Part shown: one piece after another, positions 43,400 through 57,399 of the stretch
Layout: the number at the start of each line of letters is the position of its first letter
Numbering within the stretch: position 1 is the stretch's first letter
Origin: Eledone cirrhosa
Taxonomy: Eukaryota
Length of the DNA: 64,000 bases
Reading direction: 5' to 3'
Assembly (NCBI GenBank): GCA_964016885.1
Contig: OZ024745.1
Location: forward strand, 62,248,001-62,312,000
The notes under the pieces: generated by a model
Seen by the model: only the letters and a program-made list of their open reading frames with translations
Database searches by the model: none
What the model was told of the DNA's origin: nothing
Made by a program: the position numbers and the translations under genes

Positions 43400-44300
43400 G
43401 TTTTGCCCATTTGTTGTCTCCTGCTCAAAGGAATGCTTCCACTGAAGTCAGATGTTTTTGTCTGTGTCATAGCACCTTCTTGATGTAGAATTGCAGTGCG
43501 TAACACTGAACTCCACACTGTTTCTTCATTAGAACATGTTATTGAATGCTTTATAATCTTGAGTTTGTTGGCTATGGTTTTTTTCTGCTTAAACGTTTGA
43601 ATATTGTTACCAGGTGATGATAGAGAGCTATATACGCATAACCTAAAGGTTTACATTCAGACGGTTATTCTCAGACTGCAATAGCCAATATTTTCTCGAT
43701 TTTCTTCTGTACAGATATGTTGTAAAATATTGTTGAAATTGTAATACACTGATCCGGTTATCAATATACATGTTAGCTTAGTTGAGACTTTCTCGTTCTA
43801 CTTAACGTGTGTCTTTTTATGTGCCTATGTTTACGTGGTGGCATATCTAATTCGACTGTGTTGAGATCTGCATTTCGATATAAGGCAAAGGTTTCCGTTG
43901 TAGATATGAGGTTGTATAATTCATGTAATAATAATTTGTATAAATGTGGATTGCGGGAACGATATTCCACTCACTCTGGATTTCACCTCTTTCCATTTAA
44001 CTTGTTTAATTAGCTACGCAAATAAAGCAATGGACGAAATATTTCCCAGTGGCACGTCCTGCATCGCGAATTTTATATCATTCAAATATATCAAATATAT
44101 GCTGTGATATGGTTATATAAGCATATATTTGGGCCATCAACAACGTAAATCTGTTGAGAGAAGTTGCGTACGAGCTTCTTCTAACAGTCTTGCGTCTGAC
44201 GTTGCCGTTTCTGTTCTAGAATGGCTGGCAAGCAATATTAATATATTAAAGGCATGCCAGGTGATCAGTACATCTAGGCTTTGGTACTATTACCGTATAT
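43400..44300 (-). pseudogene. Highly decayed LINE RT remnant (possible)
   Basis: LNKLNGK..LLLHELYNLI..ADLNT resembles the N-terminal part of a LINE RT; many stops. Confidence 0.35.
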
Positions 44301-44566
44301 GACTTTACCGTGCCGAGGTATATTTTGCATTTGATGAATAAAAAATCTCTTTGAATATTGCCTACTTATCATAACCTGAGATACGACACATTTATTCAGT
44401 GTGTTTATGTCTGATCCGAAAAGCATTGCGGTAATCGTAATATATTCTTGGAAACACTTGCGCAAGAATGGTATAAAGATAACCGATATTTTCCTTCATT
44501 ACCTGTTTGCCAGCATCCACAAGATAGTCAGTATTCACGTAATGCAGCAATATCAACATCGAAATA

Positions 44567-45094
44567 TTGAAGTCCACCCGTGACCTTGTATCTAGTAATG
44601 TGTTGATAATCAATCTTGCATTAACTAAACTAAATATTAAGATAGCGGAAAGACCAGGTACCTCCATAAAAACACTTATTAGTAATACACACCCTTTTCA
44701 AAGACCTCCCTGTATAAATAAGAAATGCATAATCTGTAAACTAAGCCCCCATATTAACTGTAAAACTAGAAACATAGTATATACCATAAGATGTACTGAG
44801 GGACAATATAAAGATAAGATTATAATGTACATAGGTGAGACAGCCCGTAGCATAGGAGAACGATTAAATGAACACTGGCGAGAACTCCAAGATAGAAAAG
44901 ACTCATCAGTACTCCACCAACATGTTAAAATAGAACATAAGGGCAAATTAGAGAACATAGAAATAAAAATAAAATCTACACACAGAAAAGGCGCAATGTT
45001 TAGAGAAATCACAGAGGCAATAAACATAAATGAACTCCAACCAAAATTAAATAGAAAACATGAATGGAATAGCAACATCACAACTTACAATTAA
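44567..45094 (+). CDS. C-terminal GIY-YIG endonuclease of a 5'-truncated Penelope-like element
   Basis: Cys linker CINKKCIIC..C, then NIVYTIRC..MYIGET.R..ERLNEH..HQH..REITEA..INELQPKLN. The ORF start is probably not native. Confidence 0.85.
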   Translation: MKSTRDLVSSNVLIINLALTKLNIKIAERPGTSIKTLISNTHPFQRPPCINKKCIICKLSPHINCKTRNIVYTIRCTEGQYKDKIIMYIGETARSIGERLNEHWRELQDRKDSSVLHQHVKIEHKGKLENIEIKIKSTHRKGAMFREITEAININELQPKLNRKHEWNSNITTYN

Positions 45095-45452
45095 GGAGAA
45101 AATGAAAACACACACACATAGAACAAACAACTAGCTAGTACTATGTAGATAAACAAATAAATAAAGAAATAAAAACACACACATACATCCGGATGTAACA
45201 CATGCGCAAACTAACTACACAACACACACAGAAACAAGAAGGCGTATGACAGAACAAGGGAGAGGCACAAAATAAAGAAAATAATCCCCAGTCACTGAAG
45301 AGGTCACAAAATGTGTGACGAAAGAACTTTGACAATATATGAACAACCGTCCGGTTGTGGAACCAACCAACCAACCGGAAATTTATAATAAATTGAAGTA
45401 AAAAGCAATGGTGCGTCTGTTTCTTATTGGCAACATGACCCTCCCAACGTAT
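44620..45452 (+). mobile_element. 5'-truncated Penelope-like retroelement with 3' pLTR
   Basis: GIY-YIG ORF, 3' UTR with HHR, ends at (A)n/(TA)n. Confidence 0.85.
45291..45333 (+). ncRNA. Minimal type-I hammerhead in PLE pLTR
   Basis: GTCA-CTGAAGA-gGTCACA aaatg TGTGAC-GAAA-GAAC-TT/TGAC. Confidence 0.8.
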
Positions 45453-45454
45453 TA

Positions 45455-45504
<50 letters not shown>

Positions 45505-45959
45505 GTCACCAGCCCTGTCTTTCCTCGTGTGCGTTTTATTTTTCATAATCACGCATGATGGTGAACTAGCCTGTTTTAAGATTCCTTTTTTGGCATAATA
45601 ATCTGTGAGAATCCTGGTTATCGAGTTGAGCGCTGCTGAGGATCGAATTCCTACCGTGATCATCTCCACTGAAAGTTTTCGTGAAATAGTCTTTAAGACT
45701 ATACAGAACATTTGAAGTTTTTCCAAATTGAAGGATGAGTATTTTAAACTTTATTTTATCATGAGTTAAGGCTCTATTGATTTTTCCCTGGATTTCACTA
45801 AATTCTGTGGATGAATCTATATCCTGATTCTCTTTGAGATGAGTTTGAATTATTTTTCCCCACATCTTACGTTAACTATTTTTCCCATTTTGACGCTATC
45901 GTCACTTATATATTATGGAATACTGTTGGCTTTTCGCTACAATGTTTTCTATACCTTTC

Positions 45960-45962
<3 letters not shown>

Positions 45963-46033
<71 letters not shown>

Positions 46034-46035
46034 GC

Positions 46036-46100
<65 letters not shown>

Positions 46101-46160
46101 AGTATATGTGTGTGGGTGTGAGTGTGGACTGAGAAAGAGAGAGAGAGAGAGAGAGAGAGG
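45963..46160. repeat. Compound (TA)n-(TG)n-(GA)n microsatellite
   Basis: Seen directly in the sequence. Confidence 0.95.
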
Positions 46161-48904
46161 CATACACATAGACAGACACAGAGAGATAGATAAATATCAA
46201 AACGATTACATGTATGGCTAAAACCATTAGCCTCGCAAAGCAGTTAATAGCAGCTGTAAGAAGGCATACTTTGTTGAAGTGGATGTGAAAACGATTCATT
46301 CCAGACAATATATTTCGACCCTCATTATATAAACGATAGATAGTGTTTGAATGCGTCAATTGTAATTATATTTACACTAAACTTAACCCTAACACTATAT
46401 GATACATAATTTAGTCTGTCAGCCTTTTATTGCTAGCTACTATCGTATTAAAATGATAGTGGCTATATTTCACTAATCGCCATCCTCCTATTTTAGTGAA
46501 AAAAGATACTTGATATTTTGCTGTTCACGTGATTCTGAACATTAATGTCGTGGCGTTAAATGGTTTTCGTTTTTCAATAAGAAGCATTACAGCTCTCGCC
46601 AACCACTTATTTGAGGATATTAACTGGACATGAAGCCGATAAATACAAACAATAAATGATTAACCGAACCATAGCTTTCTAAAAAAATCAAAGAAATACA
46701 TCAAATAATAATGGATATATAAAACGAATTTAAAGAAGTATATTATGAAAATGTTAATTATGTGATATCAATAGTGTAATAAGTAAACCAAAGTGCTACC
46801 ATAGAGTCTATGATTTTCTGAGAGGTGTTATATATGTTTAATCTAGGTTTGTGCTTCCATTTTTATTTTTGTTCAGATTTCGCAGACAAAACTAATAAAA
46901 CTATACTTGTTTCGAAACAAACGTAATATCAATTGGTTGGAAAGCAAAGTAACAAAACTGGAGGCAAAAATCTAAGTAAAGCACAGCAGCGCGTGGAGTA
47001 AAACGAACAAAAAATATATATTGTAAAACTATTGAAGGAAATACTGAAATAAATTAGTTAAAATAAAACGACGAAAGAGATAAAAGTATGAGTTTAAAGT
47101 AAATGTTATGCGTTTATTTCATTTGAAAAGGACCGAAATTTGAGAAAGAGACAGTCACTTCAGAAAGATAATAAGCAGTTATTCATTGCCTGAAAGTAAA
47201 AATGTTATAACGTTATTTCTAATAGCACCATTTTTTTGAAGAAATCGAATGTTTTCATTACTCTGTTTTTATTTTATCATACATTAGTGGCCAATTTATA
47301 GATGCCACAGTAGAAAGTACTTGAAGGATAATAGGTAGTTAGGATTTAATTGGTTGTTGTTGTTGTTTAGCCCTAGACTCTCCTTGAATAAGCAAATATT
47401 TTCTGTACATCATTCAAGCACACACGATTCCGTCTATTCTCACGCATAATATTTACACTATATTGTATAATGTATTCTTGATGTAGAAGCAGGGCCAGCA
47501 TAATGTTTCTGCTAGTTTTTATCATATGAAGGGATCACACAGAAGCGCATCAATTAACATCTAAAAATACATAATTCCCAGTGTTTCAGAATATTTTCAA
47601 TTCTTAATATCCACGCAATTATACTACTTATCATGCGGAATATCTAATTTCGCCAATCCATAAAAAGAAATTTACCATTGAATGATAGATTTATTGCTAG
47701 CAAATTTAAACAAGTGAGACCTCAATATCAAAATCTTATTTCGTCTCGGTATGTCTTTACTCATCATTTCCATATTTGAGAATCTAGATATATCATTATC
47801 AATCCACTAACATCATCACTAGATATATTTATTTTAATTAGTTCACGTTTCATTTTCTTACATTAATTTTTTCTTACATTACATTATTGCATAACGGCTT
47901 ATATCCGTTTACTTCAGCATCTGACAAAAGGGAGAGCAATCTACGTGATAGGTAATATCAGTATAGTATCGCCATTTCTCTCTGCGGCCTGTTTCATATT
48001 CACAGGAGCAAAAAATACTATGTAATTCCAATAAAATAATGCGTATGGAAATGACGAAATGTTAGGAAACAATTTGTGCATGAAATTTATTACTCTTAGA
48101 AATATACTATATAATGTTACAGAAGAAACGACTCAGCGGAATAATTTGTACATCACATGAATACACAAAGTACTAATAGAAAGTTATTTGTTTATTCGAT
48201 GTGTAGAATAACAAAAGAAAAAAAACAAACTAAAAACAACTGAATAATTATATGATGTCTCAGAGAGAGAGAGCAACTTTCTATATTACTTTGTTCGGTA
48301 AGCAGCCGAATATTCTGATAAATCTTTGTCTGTATATGTACAGTTCATATGTAACCGAGACTACGTAAATCTGTGTGTAATTGTATACGTAAATATGTCA
48401 CAGTTGACGATGTTACTATAATATTATTACACGACCGTATTCCTAACTACTTCTGTAGCTGTTGGCTCAGGACAACGTAACATAGTAACCGAATTACGCA
48501 GCCTAAAGTAGGTGGATGGAGAGGCAAGCATTGCTTCCCCTGATATATATCTTATATAATTACTTACGTCCTGGTTCTGCTATATGGTATGTGTTATATA
48601 TTTATGTGTTATATATTTATACTTATTAAACCAGAGATACAATTCTGAATTTAGAGTATTTCGAATTGTATGCACTTGATTCCGAGGCCTATACACCTGC
48701 GTTGCTTCTGTCCAATGTTTTCGTGACTACATCACTGAATTGACATATACGCCTGTTGCAGGAATTGAAATTAACGCCGGAATTGGGTGAACGAAAACTG
48801 TGAATATCACTAAGTTGAAAGATATTTGTATATATTACCATTGTTTTTAAGCTTACAATACATTAACCTAAAACTAGTAACTATTCATAATATTTTGCCA
48901 GGAA

Positions 48905-49121
48905 AGGGTGGTGGATTGGCAGTATCGGCAGAGCATCGGACAACATGCTATATGGCATAGTGTTACGCCCTTTTACGATCTGAGTTCAAATCCTTCCCAG
49001 GTTAGCTTTGCCTTTCATCCTAACGGGGTCGATAAATGAAAGTACCAGTAATGCACTGGAGTAGATATAATTGACTTTCCTCTTCCTCCAAATTGTTGGC
49101 ATTGTGCCTAAATCAGAAATC
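48905..49121 (+). mobile_element. Nin/Deu-like tRNA SINE, longer variant
   Basis: Consensus plus ~30 extra nt before the tail. TSD AATATTTTG(C/T)CAGGAA at 48889 and 49122. Confidence 0.88.
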
Positions 49122-49643
49122 AATATTTTGTCAGGAAGATATCATATGACGTTACATTATTTTCAAATATGTTTCTGCCTTTCTATGGCTGTTATTCCAA
49201 CATGTCTGCATATGACAATTTATTATCCTAATGCCAGATATTAATTAATTTTGAATATAATTTGGCAAATAAGTTTTTACTGATTTCACTCTTTGTAATG
49301 GTAATGTAAATTGTGTTCGATTTCACGTATTTGAATTGTTAGTACATATAATGAAATTGAACATAGTTGATGGAATTTATCAATGTATTTCATAGATCTA
49401 ATCTTCTTACTCTCTGAAACAGTTACAATTACTCTTTGTGATGAAAAGGATCTATAGTATTTGAACTGCAATGCAAATACAAACAGCATTAAATAATATA
49501 TATGGGTGCCGAAAAACAAGGAGATACAAATAAAGGAGAATATATACAAGAAAGGACAGTCATGGGGATTGCGTGTAATTTATTAATTTGATAGACTTCT
49601 TTACACCCTCCTCCTCCTTGATATTATTACTACACCCATCAAA

Positions 49644-49713
<70 letters not shown>

Positions 49714-49737
49714 GTAGTAGTAGTGGTAGTGGTAGTA
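49644..49737. repeat. (CTA)n switching to (GTA)n trinucleotide repeat
   Basis: Seen directly in the sequence. Confidence 0.95.
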
Positions 49738-50134
49738 TTTTTTACTAACGCAGTATTAAAATCATACATTTCTAAACAATTATTTCATCAATGATTCCAC
49801 AAAAAGCCGCAGTCCCATCTATATAGTTTTATGTATTTTCATCCCTACATATTTTGAAATATATTCTGCACACCATAACACCTCTACAAGAGAATGCGTT
49901 TTAGTGAGACTCTACAACAATGATATAGTTGTCCCAACGCAGTTTCGTATTTAAAAAAAGTATCGTAATATTTCACTTATATAGTACTGGAAAAATATTA
50001 ATTGCAGGCAAACGACTATCTTGTTCTCAACAATATTGAAAAATAATATAACATAACAACCATAAACACAACATCGAATATTAATTAAGTATGAAGTCAC
50101 ATGCTAAAGTCTGTCTTAAGCCAGAAAGTCAGAA

Positions 50135-50301
50135 AGCTCATCAGGCCAGTGCTTATCATCGGTTTAGAGCGTGAAGCGACTAAGTGTACAAGACTCCCCT
50201 CTGGACAAGACGCCAGTCCATCGCAGGGTTAAATTCACAGCTATTGTTGGTACTCATTTTTAGCTGAGGGTACTGGCGCAACGTGAAATGAAGTGTTTTG
50301 A
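50135..50301 (-). mobile_element. 5'-truncated SINE (CORE/V-like body)
   Basis: Minus strand: ACACTTCATTTCACGTTGC..CTCAGCT..AAATGAGTACC..CCTGCGATGGACTGGCGTCTTGTCCAG. Confidence 0.7.
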
Positions 50302-51487
50302 AATATATGTATTGACTGTAACACAGGTGTTTCACCTTTCAGTTGTATGTTATATAATCAGTATTTGAGGGTGGTGCTCACCATAAGATATGCATTAAAT
50401 GCCATGAATAAAATAATAATAAATACCCTTAAGATAGTAAAGTTGCACTGTTTCAACTGTATAGCTATTAATCTTATAACAATTGAATGAAACTAGAAGA
50501 AACGTGCAATTGGAAACAAATGTGGAAATTCCCAATAATATATAACGTAACATTTATAACTAGCGTAATATATTCAGATGAAATCAATATATGCAGATTA
50601 TACGTAATGTCTAACACATATAATCATTTGATAAAAAGCTTCCCAGATATTTTTGTGAAAAAGGTTTTCGGGTGCAGTGCGAGGTGAATATGTAGCTACA
50701 CTTTATAATATTGCATTCAAATATCTCTGTGATCCAATAGTCGAGTTTTAATTTCAAAACTGGAGACCTGAGATAAGCTGTCGAAAAGGACGAAGAACAG
50801 ACATATATTCATCGAAACATAACTATAAATTCTTCAGTCCATCATATCGTGTCTTGGTTAGAGCAGCGGAAATAAATGAACAAAATTAACGCAAGAATCA
50901 CAGAATTTAATATGAGCATTGTCGGAGATTACTTCAATTGTTATTGAAATAGGTTGCACATGCACGTTTTGCCGGCTGATATTAACATATATCAGAATAC
51001 ATTAATTGCAGAAACATTTTCTTATTTTAAATACTATCTAATATGTAAACCGACATAATCATGAGTACTGGTGGCAACCGGATGAACGTTGTGAATACAT
51101 ATCAGAATGAAAGCAATTTAGTGATTTGACAATGTCGTTTACCTTGCAGCGCTATATTTAAATATGCGTTATTATTAACGGCCTTCAAGACTACTGTTCA
51201 ACTTTTGTCGAATTTTCATTACTGTGCTAATGATTATTTCCCATTGACACCGTCCAAGCTTGTGCAATTAACTCGGTCCTTATCTTTAAACAATGTGTAA
51301 AGATAATCATACTTTAACTCTGCAAGCTCTCCAGGGTTGGGTAAGTGATGAGTAAATCCAATAGGTTATTAGGACGCTGGGCACGAGACATAAATGCCAG
51401 TGAAACATCGTATCACTCCAAAACAAGAATAAGACAAGGCAAGACTCACCTTCTCCGGAGAATGATATATGTAATTTAGTGTATTCA

Positions 51488-51581
51488 CTAGATTCCTGAA
51501 CTATCTACTAGATTCCTGAAGCAACCACTAGATGCCTGAAGCAACCACTAGATGCCTGAACCAGCCTCTAGACTCCTGAAA
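51488..51581. repeat. ~20-bp tandem repeat (ACTAGATKCCTGAAGCAACC-like) x~5
   Basis: Seen directly in the sequence. Confidence 0.85.
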
Positions 51582-51949
51582 CATCTGCGACCACAGAATT
51601 TGACAGTCATCTGAGTAACGTTTCCAAGATTTTAGCAAATACTTATGGAAGCCTATAGTATATTTTAATGTACATTGTTTATATGTTTGTATCTCCATGT
51701 ATGCCATGACTAAAGTGAGATAAGTCAGAGCTATGTTTTTAGCCATCGCCGTCACAGATCTGTTTGTAAATGCTGCCATTAAAGTCGAACACATTATTTT
51801 ATATGATGAATTTTAATCCTTCGGCGATGAATTTTTTTCTATTCTATTCGGAATGACATTTGCGAATTCTTTTAACCAGAATCCTATTTCACTAATACAT
51901 ATTGATAATGGATCATTGTACAGATGCTCACTCTAACAATTGCTATAAT

Positions 51950-52140
51950 AATTGTTTCTACTTTTGGCACAAAGCCAGCAATTACCCAGTCCATTACTGG
52001 TACTTTATTTTATCGACCCCCGTAAGGATGAAAGGCAAAGTTTACCTCGGTGGGATTTGAACTCAGAATAGAAAGGGCCGTAACTCTATGCGTCAAAGCA
52101 TGGCATACAACCCTTTACCGATACTGCCAATCCTCCACTG
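51950..52140 (-). mobile_element. Nin/Deu-like tRNA SINE
   Basis: Reverse complement of the consensus. Confidence 0.9.
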
Positions 52141-52199
52141 GCTGGTTCAGAATAATGTGAAACCTCGCATATTTCGTGCCACAGTGTATTGGTTTCTTA

Positions 52200-53392
52200 A
52201 CCGAACAACCATATATTTCAGATACAACATCTGAGAAGACAAGACTCTAATGAGAGCTCCATCTCTGGACTTTCTGTGAAACAGTACACGCGTGGCTCTT
52301 ACAAACAGGTTCAGGAGTAATTTAATGCATTGTTTTGGAACGGACAAATTTCCTTCCAGAGCGAATATCAAATCTGCATGAAGTGGTGTGAGACCTATGG
52401 AACAGTAGGGAGCCTCAATACAATATCAGTAGACCATCCTACCGACTATGGATTACACAGGAAGCGTTAAATGAAGAAGACAATCATTGGGTATTTCCAA
52501 AGAAGTGTTCAGATGGGCTGTTGATGACGATAGAAAAATATACCTTTACAGAATAGACACTAAACACAAGCTTTATGTAGCTGATGAGATCAAGTGAAAG
52601 GCTATATCGGAGAAAAACCTGGAGAAGATGGATGACAAACCATATTTTCTGAATTCGCTATGAACCTCAAATGAAACCCACTTTCACTTAGAAAGGAAGA
52701 TACATTCTACGAACATTGTGTTATGGAGGGCAGAGAAACTCATCGAAGTGATTGTGAAACCTTTTTACTCTACTATAATTGCCGTCTGTTTTGCCATTAC
52801 TGAAAGATTATATCTTGGCCTATTTTTTCGTCGAAGAATACGGTGTCAGTCTACATTTACAAGAGAACGCTATGTGGAGTTCCTGTTGGACTTCAAATAA
52901 GAACTACAGACCATGTAACGATGAACCCAGCACACGGTGGAAGACGTCACACCACCAATGAATCGTGAAAATGGCTGAAATAGAACTTTAGCAATAGTAT
53001 GCCCAGTGTGAATTCCAATTTTGAGTGAGGCCTACCCAGCCCTGATTTAAGCTCCCAGATTTCTTTCGATGGAACATCTGAGTGATAAGGTTACAAACCC
53101 AAGCAAGACTATTACTGAGCTAAAGGCAATCATCAGACAGAAAATCAGAACCATCACTAGGTCTGTTTGTAAAGACGTTATGCTAAACTGCACCTTGCGA
53201 CTAAGAAATGCATGAATTCAAATGGAGATCACTTAGATCATGTGCTCTACCGCTGAACAGGAACATCAGAAGGTAGTAAATTGTCAATGTATTGCTTTCA
53301 ATTGTTTGAATTAAATATATTCGGAGTTTAATTAAGCAATGAATAAGGTAGACAATAATAATATGTGGTCAGTTTATATTTAGTCACCCTGT
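52200..53392 (+). mobile_element. Decayed Tc1/mariner-superfamily transposon (rosa/maT-like)
   Basis: TSNETHFHL, LWRAEK..KPFYS..AVCFAI..LGLFF, PSPDLS.PDFF.W, TITELKAIIRQKI, NGDHLDHVL. Right end reads ..GTCACCCTG|TA. Left TIR not seen. Confidence 0.75.
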
Positions 53393-55627
53393 AGTGCCTC
53401 TGCTAAAGGTTTTAAGGAGATGCGTTACCAGACCTAGTCCGATACTCATAAGACTCAGAATATGTTTCATAATATATCTATAGCGTTTCTAAATCTATGC
53501 GTTTCACAATATCTTTCAACTCAATTATTGACATGCATCGTTAATTGTTGTGTTATTTCAGAGAGACCATAGAAACTGCTAGTATTGCATTCAAAATCAG
53601 TCAAATCGTCACAATGTTTGTTTGTTAAACCTTTTTGATGTCGGTGAATGAGTGTATTAAAATCGTCTTTGGTTGTTGATAATTGTCTACCTTTTTATAA
53701 AACGTATTATATATTAGATATAACAGTATTTTTGTAGCAAAAGAAATCCCGTATCCGCTTCCTTAATAGCGATGTCCTTATTGCTCCAGAGTCAATAAAT
53801 AAGTTCCTTTCGACTGGTATAGGCTTTAGATTCAAAGTGTGGTTGCTCTTTTTATGGGAAGATGGATATAAATGACAAAATACCTTTAATATTTTATTCC
53901 TCCATTTTCCTGGTTTGAAAATACTTCTATTTCTAACAATTGATTCATTGACCTTTTCTTTATCATATGTTAGGTGTAATGTTCTAAAGACGTGTGAAAT
54001 ATCTTGTAGTTACTGTACTGTGGTCTTTGAGTAAATTTTATACGTTTTGAGAGAACTTTAATTTGTATTGCAGGATTTCTTTTCGATAATTTGATTATCG
54101 TTGGTTTCTCATCGTCGGTTTGTACCAGCGCATATCTGGAATTCTATCGACTGCGTTTAAATAAATTATTCTTTGAAATTTTCCCTTGAATTGATATTTC
54201 TGTATCGTTGACATTTTCCCTGTTGTAATGTGCTCTTTTATAATGATTGTTTGTATTCTCAGATCTGGGTTGTGACTAGGTCTATAATCGATTTTCGAGT
54301 TGTTATTTAGGATCCTTTGAATATATCTAATCTTCAGTTCGAGGAGAAAGGTCTCTCTTGGAATTTTAGTTGTGTTATATTGATGTATAAAGATTCTGGA
54401 ATTGTTCTTCTGCATTTGGTGAATATAACTGACTTTTCAGTACTTGTTTTGTCGATTGTGAATAGGATTTGTAAATTTCAACAATCTTCCGGAATGGGTT
54501 TTCAGTAAAGTATTCGTTTTTAAATTCAGTTTCATATTTAGTGAACCAAACATTACGTTTCCGACTTCTGAAGAGACGTTAATTGTTAGTTCTCTCCCTT
54601 TCCTCTAAAGAGTTTAATTGCATTCTCATTGAGTAGCCCTTCAGATATTTCTGAAACTAGGAATGCTTCCTAATTAGAATTTGCCCTTCATTGCAATAGT
54701 TCAGTTTCCATTCTGAATTTGATTAAAGCCATATTATTCCTAAGTATTTGTTGTTGTTGGTTTCATTAGGGATGGTCTTTATTGGTAATGTTTGCGGAGG
54801 ATGATTGGAATCGTATTAAGCAACTGTTCATATATTTACGTTTTGCTGTTCATTTTCTTTTTACACTTCCAAAATGTAAAGTTGTGGCTGAGATATTTTT
54901 TTGTTCCATATATGTTTAATAGTCTTTTTTTATTGACTGTGTTTATTGTCGCAGATTGATGTTGTTTTAGTATTCTTTAAGATTTTGTTTCGGCTTCTAT
55001 AGCATTGCCATGTGGTTTTGCATAAATTACTGAAGGTTAAAATAACCACCGCTTCTTCACTATTTCTTCCTGCTTTGTGAGATGCTTTTAAATTTTTATG
55101 TATCTGATCAATATTGTTGGTTAAGACCGACAGTCTAGAAGACAACTCTTTTAGCTTTTTAAGAATCTCCTGGTTCATTGTTGTTTTGGTCAGAGCTTTG
55201 TGGCATCTTTTTCATAATGTGGTGAATATGTATAGGAAATAAATTCTGGATTATATATCACATGGTTAGAAATATAGTGAAACAATTTGAAAATTCTCTT
55301 TAGAGCTTTGAGGAATATTTAATTATAATTACTCATTTTACCAGTTTAACAGATTTTGGTATTTTGAAAAGTGACAAAGAAAGCGTTGGAGCTTGGTGTG
55401 GAGCCGTAAATTGGAGCGGAGCCGTAAATGTTTTATAGAGAGAACTTGGCTCAGATTGCTATATGTTTAATATAAAAGTTGATTGATAGAGTATGATCGG
55501 GTGATGAAGCATAACACTTTTATTTATTTCCTATATATATGTAAAAGGTAAACAGAAATAACAACACAATCGGTGCAGTATATGGAAGGAATATATTAGG
55601 TTAACGCTTCGTATAGCAGGAAGAGGG

Positions 55628-55662
55628 TCTTAATATTTCGGACGCTACTCCTTATCAGAAGA
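55628..55662 (-). ncRNA. Minimal hammerhead motif with G8 to A change
   Basis: Minus strand: TCTT-CTGATAA-GGA gtagcg TCC-GAAA-TA-TT/AAGA, upstream of the PLE ORF. Confidence 0.55.
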
Positions 55663-56400
55663 AAGAATGAGAAATAAGATAGATTGAGGGGACAGGATAC
55701 ATATATACATAAAAATACAGACACGAACACAAACAACTGCATAAAATATTCAGACACGCACAGGCACACACATTCACATTCCATTAAAATATAGAAATCA
55801 AGAAATAATGCACACCCACAAAATGCACTCTATCTGCACACACCTACCAGCGCCCATGACACACTTGAAGTCACCCGCGGCCCCCGCTCCAGCACGCCGT
55901 ACTACAAACTACTCTCCTCAGCTATCTTAATTTCTTTTTAAGACATTCCGACCTCCGTTGTTTGAACTTTTTCTCTCTCCGAAATTTGCTATTTCCTGAA
56001 GAAGGACTTCAATAAGATGAAGCCCTCATTTATTTCTTCTCTAGCGTGAAACTAATACTACTTTTTCTTTTCTCATCTCTGTGTTTATCTTGTTTATTAC
56101 TAAACTATTTCGAAAAACCTTCAAGATATTTATTAATTTCTTTCAATATGAGAAAAATTCGGTAATTGCTTTGTTTACGTTTCTAAATACACACATTGGA
56201 GATACGCATACATGAAAACATACATACATAGGGGTGTTTATGAAAACATATACTGTATGTTTCTATACAATGAACATATGGGTAGCTACAGTAGTATATT
56301 TCTCGTAATGAACCATTCTTTGTCTCTATTTTACTCCGTGCAAATGTCACAGGTCTATATAGAATGTTCAATGGTGATGAACATAGCTTATTGCCATGTC

Positions 56401-56473
56401 AGGTCCAGTTGAATTAATGTCACTGACGAAAGCTTAAAAACCTTGAAAGAGCACGGGCTGACATTCTCGACCT
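56401..56473 (+). ncRNA. Decayed type-I hammerhead motif
   Basis: AGGTC..AATGTCA-CTGACGA-AAG..CTT-GAAA-gagcacgggc/TGACATT..GACCT. The UH cleavage site is lost. Confidence 0.55.
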
Positions 56474-57399
56474 TATTGAGAAGTCTGTAGTGTGTATATA
56501 TATAAAATGATTCTTTCGTTACGAAAATATATATTTCTGTAATATTTCTTCTTTGAATGCGGAATGACCCATATTTTCTTTATTGTATATAAGCATATAG
56601 CATAAGTTTTTGTATACAACCCCTTTAGCACACACATGCACTTATACATATTTATATAGATATACATATATTTATAACAACAGAGAGGAATTGATACATA
56701 CATCCCAGATATGTGCATAACTTTAAGAGGGAGAGACATTAGAAAAGAGATGTGTTAGCCTAGTCTTTTATTATTGAGCATACTTACTCTTAAACTATAG
56801 AGAGTAAATAATCATAATATAAGGTATATGCATTCTAGTGTTGCTTCTGTATATGATGTGCTTATTTTAATATTTTTCACACATCTCTATTATTTACCCG
56901 TGATTTTTCCGAAATTATATCGCTATATATATCTAAACATGGTATATTGACACCTGCAACCTGATGGCTATACTTATACAAACTGACACATAAATACACA
57001 CACACACACGCACACGCACACGCACACGCACACGCACACGAAGTATATATATACATATATATATATGTACATATAATCTATACACTGTAAAATCTACTAA
57101 ATATCTTTGTTTGCTCTACATCGTTTCCATAATACAATTATTATAACCTTTCCCCAAATGTGTCTGGGCTATCATTGTAGGTTTCATAATTATTGATTTC
57201 TCTTTTACACATAGTATTACAATTTGTCTCTTGCCTCTTGGTCTTCAAATCCCATATAGACAGAATTAATCTCAGCTGTGTGGGTCGCTTTTTTGTAATA
57301 ATAGACTTTGGAGCATGGCTACGATTTTTATTGAAGCCTGTTCGCTTCCAATTAATAATTTATTGTCATGTAATAAAAATCGACCTATAAATTAAACAC

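Larger units (their letters stand above)
51585..55662 (-). mobile_element. Decayed Penelope-like element (RT), interrupted by a SINE and a mariner
   Basis: Minus strand: LTDFECNTSSFYGL (~53600), NNVFDFNGSIYKQ, MAKNIALTYLTLVMAYME, WKRYSDDCQILW (~51600). HHR-like motif upstream. Confidence 0.7.

Noticed and set aside
52578-52605. CTGATGA...GAAA hammerhead-like match
   Set aside because: It lies inside mariner transposase sequence and has no stem II or UH site, so it is a chance match.
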